64,000 bases of DNA from a bacterium BMS3Abin03 (GTDB lineage: Bacteria > Bacteroidota > Ignavibacteria > Ignavibacteriales > Ignavibacteriaceae). This document shows positions 18,811-25,190 of the stretch, piece by piece. Made by a program: the position numbers and the translations under genes. The notes beneath the pieces were generated by a model. That model saw nothing but the letters and a program-made list of their open reading frames with translations, was not told where the DNA came from and searched no databases. Location: NCBI GenBank assembly GCA_022340715.1, contig JAJDNK010000061.1, positions 633-64,632 on the forward strand, read 5' to 3'. Position 1 is the first letter of the stretch; each line of letters begins with the position of its first letter.

Positions 18811-19044
18811 ATGAAAAGACATACATTCTTAATAATAGGGGGTTTCTGCTACCTTATTCTATTTTTATTCGTTGATTTATTTTTTATTGATAATGCCTAT
18901 TGGAAAGATGCGTCTGGACGTGTTTCAATACTTAGAAAACCAAATATTCTTGTCATTGGTATAATCCTAATTTCACAATCACTAATTGTATTTGTTACAG
19001 CAGTATTCTATGCATTAAAAACAAGGATTAAGAACATTGGGTAG
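18811..19044 (+). CDS. Small 2-TM membrane protein (hypothetical)
   Basis: I prefer the ATG at 18811, preceded by AGGAGG (18798-18803), over the track's TTG at 18787. Hydrophobic helices FLIIGGFCYLILFLFVDLFFI and ILVIGIILISQSLIVFVTAVFYAL. Confidence 0.55.
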   Translation: MKRHTFLIIGGFCYLILFLFVDLFFIDNAYWKDASGRVSILRKPNILVIGIILISQSLIVFVTAVFYALKTRIKNIG

Positions 19045-19285
19045 TGATATTGTTGATAGTTATAATCGTTTAGTGGAGGAAGCAATAGAAAGCAAAAAGG
19101 AATTTGCGATTGAAAAATTAAATGAAGCGTTAAAAATATTTGAAAAATATAAAAGTTATTTCGGTGAAGGTAATCAGAGTTTGGGAGAGCAACTAAAAGA
19201 AATGATTGTGGAGTGGGAAAATGGGAAAACTTGGTTAGAAAATACTAAGGATTGGGGAAAAGAGAATATGAGAATGGTTCCTTAA
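19037..19285 (+). CDS. Hypothetical helical protein; probably the N-terminal part of a frameshifted MORN-like gene
   Basis: 82-aa ORF overlapping the next ORF by 34 nt. Its C-terminus (VEWENGKTWLENTKDWGK) already matches the repeat period of the downstream ORF. Confidence 0.45.
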   Translation: MGSDIVDSYNRLVEEAIESKKEFAIEKLNEALKIFEKYKSYFGEGNQSLGEQLKEMIVEWENGKTWLENTKDWGKENMRMVP

Positions 19286-19578
19286 AAGCTGAATGGATTA
19301 ATAAAGATTATATGAAACGCGGAGATTATATAAAGTATTATAGAAATGGTAATATTGAGATGAGATGTAAATACCTCGATGAAGTAAATAGAGATGGATT
19401 AATGCACAAATATTTTGAAAATGGTAGACTTAAAGAGTTGTGGAGTTATGATAAAGGTAAACGAAAATTTGTAAAAAAGTATTTTGAAAATGGTAATCTG
19501 AAAACAGAGTGGTTATATGATGAATATGGAAACGATATATCCAAAGTATATTATGATAAAAACGGTAGTAGGAAATAA
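19252..19578 (+). CDS. MORN-repeat-variant protein (YwqK-like antitoxin/immunity family)
   Basis: 108 aa with repeated units: YENGSLKAEW, YYRNGNIEMRCKY, YFENGRLKELWSY, YFENGNLKTEWLY, YYDKNGS. The track start is a TTG with no SD. Confidence 0.6.
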   Translation: MGKREYENGSLKAEWINKDYMKRGDYIKYYRNGNIEMRCKYLDEVNRDGLMHKYFENGRLKELWSYDKGKRKFVKKYFENGNLKTEWLYDEYGNDISKVYYDKNGSRK

Positions 19579-19696
19579 ATATTTTTTAAGCTATGAATAA
19601 TTTTATTTTCAAATTAAATATTTTATTATTTATAGGTTGAAAAATGATACTTTTTTTAATATTTGTTGCACACCTGTCCTTCCTCGCTATTATTGT

Positions 19697-19954
19697 ATGT
19701 CTTTTATTACGCAAGTTAAACCATCAATCTTTATCCTTCTTGGTCTTATCTTAATTTATCTTGCATCACTTCCATACAGCTATTACTACAATAGAGAAAA
19801 AATTTGGCAATTCAATACTGTTGGTGAGGGGAGCGATATAACAAATACTAAAATAACGGAATTCAATGAGTGGCTTGGTTCGGCACAATATTGGAGCACT
19901 ACTATTTTTGATTTCTATATCCCAGATGGAGTAATGAAGCTAGAGCCCTTATAG
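19697..19954 (+). CDS. Hypothetical single-TM protein
   Basis: The track ORF starts at TTG 19637. The internal ATG at 19697 (MSFITQVKPSIFILLGLILIYLAS...) is a more plausible start. No SD and no recognisable family. Confidence 0.35.
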   Translation: MSFITQVKPSIFILLGLILIYLASLPYSYYYNREKIWQFNTVGEGSDITNTKITEFNEWLGSAQYWSTTIFDFYIPDGVMKLEPL

Positions 19955-20040
19955 TAAATAAAAATAAAATTAAAGTATATCAATAAATTGTAATAATGAT
20001 TAAAACTTAGCAATAAACAACCAACATATTTTATAAGTTT

Positions 20041-20114
20041 AATCCTTCTCTCGTGTCCTCTACTGGGAGACCGGCTGGCTGTCGGTTGCTAACACAAGAT
20101 GAAGGATTTTTTAT
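20041..20114 (+). terminator. Long interrupted hairpin plus T-run; probable terminator of the plus-strand island module, or a structured RNA
   Basis: AATCCTTCTCTCGTGT (20041-20056) pairs with ACACAAGA-T-GAAGGATT (20092-20108), with one mismatch and one bulge. The apical sub-hairpin is ACCGGC-TGGCT-GTCGGT. TTTTTATT follows. Confidence 0.5.
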
Positions 20115-20409
20115 TCTGAGGATGAAAATATTATCTAAAAAAAGTGAACCCGATAATGATGAATTTGAATGGCCATCTTTTTTATTAGACATTAAATGTT
20201 ATTAAAAAATTATAAACCGATTGAATACTCAAGCTATTATACCCCCTCCCCTATAAACTTAAGCCTCAAGTTTAATGCTAAGTCTTTATAAATAAATGAA
20301 TTAACTATTAAAATATTTCCATTTATTTCTGGTCATAATTGCATCCCAGTAAAAAGGGTTTTACTATTAATCCTTACGATTTAGGGTTAAGTCATTATAA
20401 AACAACGAG

Positions 20410-20509
20410 ATAAGTTCAAAAATTATTATACAATTTACGCCCTCTTTCTGCATGCACCTATATCCCCTCTTTTTAGGGTGTGCGGGACTAATTTTAGTTA
20501 GAAATTTTC
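20410..20509 (-). repeat. Island intergenic repeat, copy R1 (abuts the stop of the STAS gene)
   Basis: Aligns with R3 and R2. Shares ATAAGTTCAAAAA(A)TTATTATACAATTTACG with R3, the CCCT-loop-AGGGTGT hairpin core (20465-20481), and GTTAGAAA at 20497. Confidence 0.8.
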
Positions 20510-20510
20510 A

Positions 20511-20873
20511 TCAATTTTCTGGTTGATTATCCCCCTCAAAACTTTTGATTGCATCTTCCCTTGTATTGTATAAATCAAATAAACTAATAGTATTTGTCGT
20601 TAGAAATATATCTTCTTTAGAATGAATAGGTTTTACAAGTTTCAACTTTTTACCCATATCAGTCATCTTACCCAACGCCCAAATAATTCCTCCAAAGAAA
20701 GTTGAGTCGACGTAGTCGCATTTACTTAAATCAATAATTATATCTGTATGTCCAGCATTAATCTCTTCCTCTATGACTTTCCTAAATTCATAAGCGTCTT
20801 TTATTGTTGAACGAGTTAGGTTAACTGCTATTACATATACGCCGTCAACATATATCTTTTCAAATGCATCCAA
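20511..20873 (-). CDS. STAS-domain protein (anti-sigma-factor antagonist, SpoIIAA-like)
   Basis: 120 aa. IIIDLSKCDYVDSTFFGGIIWAL matches the STAS DLS-x-V-x-x-(I/V)DS(S/T) phosphorylation-loop pattern. Confidence 0.7.
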   Translation of the reverse strand: MDAFEKIYVDGVYVIAVNLTRSTIKDAYEFRKVIEEEINAGHTDIIIDLSKCDYVDSTFFGGIIWALGKMTDMGKKLKLVKPIHSKEDIFLTTNTISLFDLYNTREDAIKSFEGDNQPEN

Positions 20874-20940
20874 AATAGTTTCTTAATTATGATTATTATA
20901 GATACAAATTAAGTCGTCCTCTGGTTAATATCAATCATTT

Positions 20941-21033
20941 AAAAACTATTGTTATACAAATTATGCCTGTTTTCGATGTAGATACCGGCCCTTTGGTTTT
21001 AGGGTGTGGGGTAAAGTTTGGTTGAAAAATTTC
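20941..21033 (-). repeat. Island intergenic repeat, copy R2 (most diverged)
   Basis: GTTATACAAATTATG..., then CCCTTTGGTTTTAGGGTGT (core AGGGTGT at 21001-21007), then GTTGAAAAATTTC at 21021-21033. The order and spacing match R1 and R3. Confidence 0.7.
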
Positions 21034-21036
21034 ATT

Positions 21037-21078
21037 AAAAAAACCCTCCCGACTCTCATTTAAATATAATCGAGAGGG
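21037..21078 (-). terminator. Rho-independent terminator downstream of the lipoprotein gene
   Basis: The minus strand reads CCCTCTCG-ATTATATTTAAAT-GAGAGTCGGGAGGG followed by TTTTTTT (rc of the A7 run at 21037-21043). Confidence 0.55.
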
Positions 21079-21159
21079 AAACATTTAATCTTCAAGCTAT
21101 CCATATAAATTATAGACAGCTTGAAAGCATAGAATTTGGACAGTTAATTTGAGAATTTA

Positions 21160-21792
21160 CTAATTACCCTTAGGAGTTAGCTGTATTGTCCTCTTCAGCA
21201 CCTTAAGTGTTGAGAAATCACCATCATACCATACTCCATGATTAAACGCATTTAGGTTATAATTTTGCCCATCTGAACCCATTACATTTCCAACTACATG
21301 AAGACTATATGAGTTAATATTATTTTCGCCGTTAGCTAGTAAATCATTATCATTATACTGAAATTTAACGTTGCCAGTAGCAATTGGTTCGTTGCTGAAA
21401 AAGCTACATAAATCATTTGGGTAGTCACCAATCTCCCAAACAGATACAGACACATTATTGCCCGTAACCTTTTCGATAATTCTACCTCCATCTTCATTGC
21501 TTGGAGAAACAACATCCTGGACGTTTAAGATATCAGATTCTGCAGCCCCACAAATTGCCCCAGAAAAATCCTGAGCACCAATTCCCACTACTAATCCACT
21601 CTTCGCATCAGACCAAAACACAACGGCAGAACCTTGATACCTGACAACAATACCTGATTCGGCCGGTGAACCCTTAAGCATTGATTTAGTAGATGTAGGA
21701 TTAACATCATTATCAGTGGGTGTTTGCTCATCACAAGAAGTAACGATAAATACGCCAAAGGCTACGAGGGCAATAACAAGAAAATTTTTCAT
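21160..21792 (-). CDS. Hypothetical lipoprotein
   Basis: 210 aa with a signal peptide and lipobox (MKNFLVIALVAFGVFIVTSC). GGAGG SD upstream. I recognise no family. Confidence 0.65.
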   Translation of the reverse strand: MKNFLVIALVAFGVFIVTSCDEQTPTDNDVNPTSTKSMLKGSPAESGIVVRYQGSAVVFWSDAKSGLVVGIGAQDFSGAICGAAESDILNVQDVVSPSNEDGGRIIEKVTGNNVSVSVWEIGDYPNDLCSFFSNEPIATGNVKFQYNDNDLLANGENNINSYSLHVVGNVMGSDGQNYNLNAFNHGVWYDGDFSTLKVLKRTIQLTPKGN

Positions 21793-22002
21793 AGAACCTC
21801 CTATTAAAAATGTTGATAAAATTTTTTGTTAGAAATTAACTCTATGGAGCAAACTTCTAGCAGATTAAAATAAAAACATCTTTCTCGGAAGTCTTGTATT
21901 ATTCCTGCAAATGTTAGGACTTTTCAATCAAACATTAGTGTTTGTAATTAAATATTTATTGCAAGTATGAATTGTTTGTAGTACACGGCAAGATTAAATT
22001 AT

Positions 22003-22103
22003 ATAAGTTCAAAAAATTATTATACAATTTACGATGTCTTTCCGCTCGCACCTATGTCCCCTTGTTTTAAGGGTGTATGGGGGTCAATTTCGTTGAAAAC
22101 TTT
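22003..22103 (-). repeat. Island intergenic repeat, copy R3
   Basis: ATAAGTTCAAAAAATTATTATACAATTTACG..., then CCCTTGTTTTAAGGGTGT (core at 22070-22076), then GTTGAAAAC at 22092-22100. A partial extra GGTTGAAAT lies at 22117-22125. Confidence 0.8.
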
Positions 22104-22154
22104 GGTCATTTTTTAGGTTGAAATCTCAAATCTCTTTCATCTCACCTTCTGTTT

Positions 22155-22388
22155 TTATCCTTGTCCTCCAATGTCAGAATGTTCTGAATTATAATCTTCT
22201 TCATTATATTCTTCTAATAGTTTTTCTGCTTTCTCTCGCCAGATTTTTGCGAACGCATCCAGGAATTTTTCTTTATCTTCCATTCTGATGATAATGTCAT
22301 GAGCTTGTTTACCAATATCATATTCAGTGTGGCTAAAATATTTTTCTTGATATAATTTATCTAAATCTATTCGCATTTTTTTATCCAT
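22155..22388 (-). CDS. Small acidic hypothetical protein
   Basis: 77-aa ORF rich in E/D/K with a helical character. I recognise no family. Confidence 0.45.
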   Translation of the reverse strand: MDKKMRIDLDKLYQEKYFSHTEYDIGKQAHDIIIRMEDKEKFLDAFAKIWREKAEKLLEEYNEEDYNSEHSDIGGQG

Positions 22389-22839
22389 ATTAAAAATCCT
22401 TTGTACTTTTTATTTGATGTTAAACTATGCTCCCATTAAAGCTCAATCCATACTTTTGAGATTTAATTTGAACATTTACTAACTAATTGTTTTAATATAC
22501 AAAAATTGATTAGAATTTTTGTTCGTTTTTTAGGTTAAGATTCTTTTTCAATTTTTTTATCCTATTGTGGTGCTTCATTGAGCCAGATAAGAAACATAGG
22601 GTTAAGCATACAAAAATCTCATCTCTAAATCATTAATAATTAATTACTTACAACGATGTGACAAACTATCTCTTGACATTGCCATTAAAATTGTTTTATT
22701 AAGAGGTAGGATTCTGAAAGATGAGGTAACATATTGAATTTAACTGAGAAAGCCTGAAAGGAAATTAATAGGGACTCATCTCCCTTGAATCCGCCTTTTG
22801 GGCTTTTCTTGTTTATGTTCTTTAAGTAGTGCTAAGAGT

Positions 22840-22860
22840 GTTCAGTAAACTGTTCAGTGA
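22840..22860 (+). repeat. Right-arm tandem motif GTTCAGT / CTGTTCAGTGA (candidate recombinase arm sites)
   Basis: GTTCAGT at 22840-22846 and CTGTTCAGTGA at 22850-22860, in the same orientation as the left-arm copies at 16953-16975. Confidence 0.5.
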
Positions 22861-22905
22861 TATACTGAAAAATATTGAATGGGTAGAAATAAAAAGTTGC
22901 GTTTT

Positions 22906-22977
22906 ATGAGCCAACTGCCGGAATCGAACCGGCGACCTACTCATTACGAATGAGTTGCTCTACCAGCTGAGCTAAGT
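22906..22977 (-). repeat. Right island boundary (attR-type), contained in the intact tRNA-Thr
   Basis: 72 nt identical to 16859-16930. Confidence 0.9.
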
Positions 22978-22981
22978 TGGC
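22909..22981 (-). tRNA. tRNA-Thr (anticodon CGU)
   Basis: The reverse complement folds as GCCAACT-TA-GCTC-AGCTGGTA-GAGC-A-ACTCA-TTCGTAA-TGAGT-AGGTC-GCCGG-TTCGATT-CCGGC-AGTTGGC-T. This is 73 nt with all four stems Watson-Crick, the T-loop TTCGATT and anticodon CGT. CCA is not encoded. Confidence 0.93.
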
Positions 22982-23038
22982 TTCTTCACTTTAATTATAA
23001 AAGGTGGGTATATGTGGTGAAAGAAAAAATAATACTAA

Positions 23039-23134
23039 TTATCTAAGTTTCTTTTTATGCCTATTTTTTCTTAATCTTTTTTTTCTTTTATGAGTTGCCA
23101 TTTTATGGCGTTTTCTTTTTCTGCCACAGGGCAT
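23039..23134 (-). CDS. 31-aa Lys/Arg-rich mini-protein resembling small ribosomal protein bS22
   Basis: Below the ORF-track size cut-off. The reverse-strand translation is MPCGRKRKRHKMATHKRKKRLRKNRHKKKLR, ending in TAA. AAGGAG SD lies 6 nt upstream of the ATG (rc 23132-23134). Located between the TPR gene and tRNA-Thr. Confidence 0.55.
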   Translation of the reverse strand: MPCGRKRKRHKMATHKRKKRLRKNRHKKKLR

Positions 23135-23151
23135 ATTCTACTCCTTGTTCA

Positions 23152-24099
23152 TTACTGTTTATGTGAATTTAATAATTCCTCTGCGCGTTTGCCGACTTCA
23201 TTTTCGGGTCCCAAATCTACAGCTTTTTGTAACCATTTCATAGCTTCATCCATATTGCCAGCGGCAAGATTAACAATCCCCAGATTTAAATGAGCTATCT
23301 GATGATCGGGCTTATATTTAAGTGCCAACTTCATTTCCTTTATAGCTGAATTATAGTCCCGAAGATTATAATAGCATACGCCCATATCAACTCTTGCATC
23401 GGCGTCTGAAGGAACCATATTAAGATATTTTTGATATAAAGGAATTGCCTTTTCATAAAATCCGCTGTCATTCTGTAAATGAGCTAACTGTAATAAAGTT
23501 TCTTTGTCATTCGGATTAGCTTTTAACTTTGCTTCAAGTTCATTTATCTTCTGAATATTATTTAAGTTAATTCCCGAGTCGTTGTTTTGGATATTGTCGG
23601 AAATATTACCAGAGTTTACGGATACCCCAGAATCCAAGGCACCTGATGTTAACAAAATAACAATTGCGATTATTCCGATTATACTTGCGATCAGAATAAT
23701 CTTTTTAGAATCAATTTGTTTTTCTTTTTTAACACTAACACTAGGTTGAGACTTTTTCTTTACTGATTTACTTTTTTTCTTATCTGAATTCTTTACAGGT
23801 TGGTTAACTTTGGATTCATTCGATTCAACATCAGTTTTCTTTCTTTGAACAAAATCCCCTGAACTTTTTAATCTGGCACCACAACTAATACAGGTATCCG
23901 CAGTTTGAGGATTCTCCTCTCCACAATTATCGCAAACAATTACATTCAGCACATCCTGAGATTGTTCAGTTTCATCAATGTTCCCCTCTTTCTCCTGATT
24001 CCTATTCCGTTGGCGGGCAATAATTTCAGCACCACAATTAGGACAGAACTTGAAATCCTCGCTTACCTCTGAACCACATTGGGTACAAAAATTAGACAT
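23152..24099 (-). CDS. Double zinc-ribbon / TM / TPR-repeat protein
   Basis: 315 aa. N-terminal CTQCG...FCPNCG and CDNCG...CISCG, a central TM helix (IILIASIIGIIAIVILL) and C-terminal TPR repeats (YEKAIPLYQKYL, YNSAIKEMKLAL). Confidence 0.7.
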   Translation of the reverse strand: MSNFCTQCGSEVSEDFKFCPNCGAEIIARQRNRNQEKEGNIDETEQSQDVLNVIVCDNCGEENPQTADTCISCGARLKSSGDFVQRKKTDVESNESKVNQPVKNSDKKKSKSVKKKSQPSVSVKKEKQIDSKKIILIASIIGIIAIVILLTSGALDSGVSVNSGNISDNIQNNDSGINLNNIQKINELEAKLKANPNDKETLLQLAHLQNDSGFYEKAIPLYQKYLNMVPSDADARVDMGVCYYNLRDYNSAIKEMKLALKYKPDHQIAHLNLGIVNLAAGNMDEAMKWLQKAVDLGPENEVGKRAEELLNSHKQ

Positions 24100-24407
24100 T
24101 AAATGGCAGCCTCATGTTCATTTTGCATCATCCCATCATTAACCATTTCTTTAAATTCTTTCGAGAACTTAAATGTCGGTACATAATGTTCGGGCACAAA
24201 AACATGTTCACCGGTTTTGGGATTTCTTGCTTGACGTGCATTTTTCTTTTTCACTTTATAGCTTCCAAAACCACGAATCTCTATTCCTCTTCCATCCTTA
24301 AGAGAATCAATTACGGTTTTAAAAAATCCTTCAATTATGGCTTCAGTTTCAAGTTTAGTCAATCCTGTGCCGGCAGCCACTCTATCCACAATGTCAGCTT
24401 TTGTCAT
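24099..24407 (-). CDS. HU/IHF-family DNA-binding protein
   Basis: 102 aa. MTKADIVDRVA...IEIRGFGSYKVKKKNARQARNPKTGEHVFVPEHYVPTFKFSKEFK is the canonical HU/IHF fold with the beta-arm RNPKTGE. Confidence 0.88.
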   Translation of the reverse strand: MTKADIVDRVAAGTGLTKLETEAIIEGFFKTVIDSLKDGRGIEIRGFGSYKVKKKNARQARNPKTGEHVFVPEHYVPTFKFSKEFKEMVNDGMMQNEHEAAI

Positions 24408-24692
24408 TATAGTACCTCAGATTTTATCATTTCTAATTTATTTACGAGTAATTATCCAATAAAGTTATTTAACTTTTCCTGCAAAGTCAATATATACAAT
24501 AACTTACAGGATTTTTGGCATTGGTTTATTTCTTGTTAAATTTTTTTACAATTAAACTAGATCTTTTATCTCATTCTGGTATATTTTCTCATATTGATGT
24601 CGCAATATTAGTAAGTAGTTGGCCTATAATCCTTTACTTATTGGTATAAGTTTTGAGATTTGCTTAATTATTTTCCTTAAATTTCAAGAATA

Positions 24693-25091
24693 ATGGAACT
24701 TATTGAAACAATAGATTCAGATATTCTCTTCGCTTTCTTAGGATTTATATTTCTTGTGCTTCTAACCTTGGTGATTTTCAAACTCAGAAATCGAGCCAAA
24801 AAAGACAGAAATTTACCACTGAATTACAATCAAAATAAATTCGGGGAATCGGTTTCAAAGACAAACCAGATAGAATCAACTTCCACAATATACGGACATA
24901 ACAATGCATCAGAGAAGGTTAATGAACCAGAATTGCCGGATCAAAAATTTGAAGTAATTAACAATAAAACTGAAGAAGAATTACCTAAAAATATCCATAT
25001 TAATTATCATTCAAACGTTTATAAATATTATGATGAGACTGATTCTAAAAAGATGTTTAAACTTAAAGTTGATTCTGAAAATCCCACCTGA
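24693..25091 (+). CDS. Hypothetical membrane-anchored protein
   Basis: 132 aa with one N-terminal TM helix (ILFAFLGFIFLVLLTLVIF) and a low-complexity polar tail. Confidence 0.4.
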   Translation: MELIETIDSDILFAFLGFIFLVLLTLVIFKLRNRAKKDRNLPLNYNQNKFGESVSKTNQIESTSTIYGHNNASEKVNEPELPDQKFEVINNKTEEELPKNIHINYHSNVYKYYDETDSKKMFKLKVDSENPT

Positions 25092-25190
25092 TTTTTCTCT
25101 CTTTTAGACTCCCTCAATTATTATTTTTAACTTTAATTTTAGAAATTACTTTTTTCTAATTCATTCAATTTTTTATTTAATTGAATTATA

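Larger units (their letters stand above)
16859..22977. mobile_element. Integrative genomic island in tRNA-Thr(CGU), ~6 kb, apparently degenerate
   Basis: Perfect 72-bp direct repeats at both ends, a tyrosine recombinase gene next to the left repeat, shared CTGTTCAGTGA arm motifs inside both ends, small non-housekeeping cargo ORFs, and core genes on both outer flanks. Confidence 0.85.

Noticed and set aside
20041-20108. Possible tRNA-like gene (7-bp acceptor-like pairing AATCCTT/AAGGATT, ~68 nt)
   Set aside because: There is no D-arm, no GTTCRA T-loop and no sensible anticodon stem. It folds instead as a long interrupted hairpin.
20410-22103. Calling the three island repeats bona fide integron attC sites, a CRISPR array, or DGR template/variable repeats
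   Set aside because: As attC: the R''-like box is only YYYAAC, the R'-like box reads TTTGAAC and lacks the conserved G of GTTRRRY, and no IntI-type integrase or attI is present; I keep attC as a hypothesis to test, not a call. As CRISPR: the repeats are ~100 nt, diverged, and separated by 430-970 bp containing genes. As DGR: the repeats lie outside coding regions and there is no reverse transcriptase.
18256-24099. Possible relationship between the island zinc-ribbon protein (18256-18717) and the chromosomal zinc-ribbon/TPR protein (23152-24099), which share the FCPNCG motif
   Set aside because: The shared motif is the generic double zinc-ribbon signature. The domain order differs (TM first versus ribbons first), and I see no other similarity by eye.
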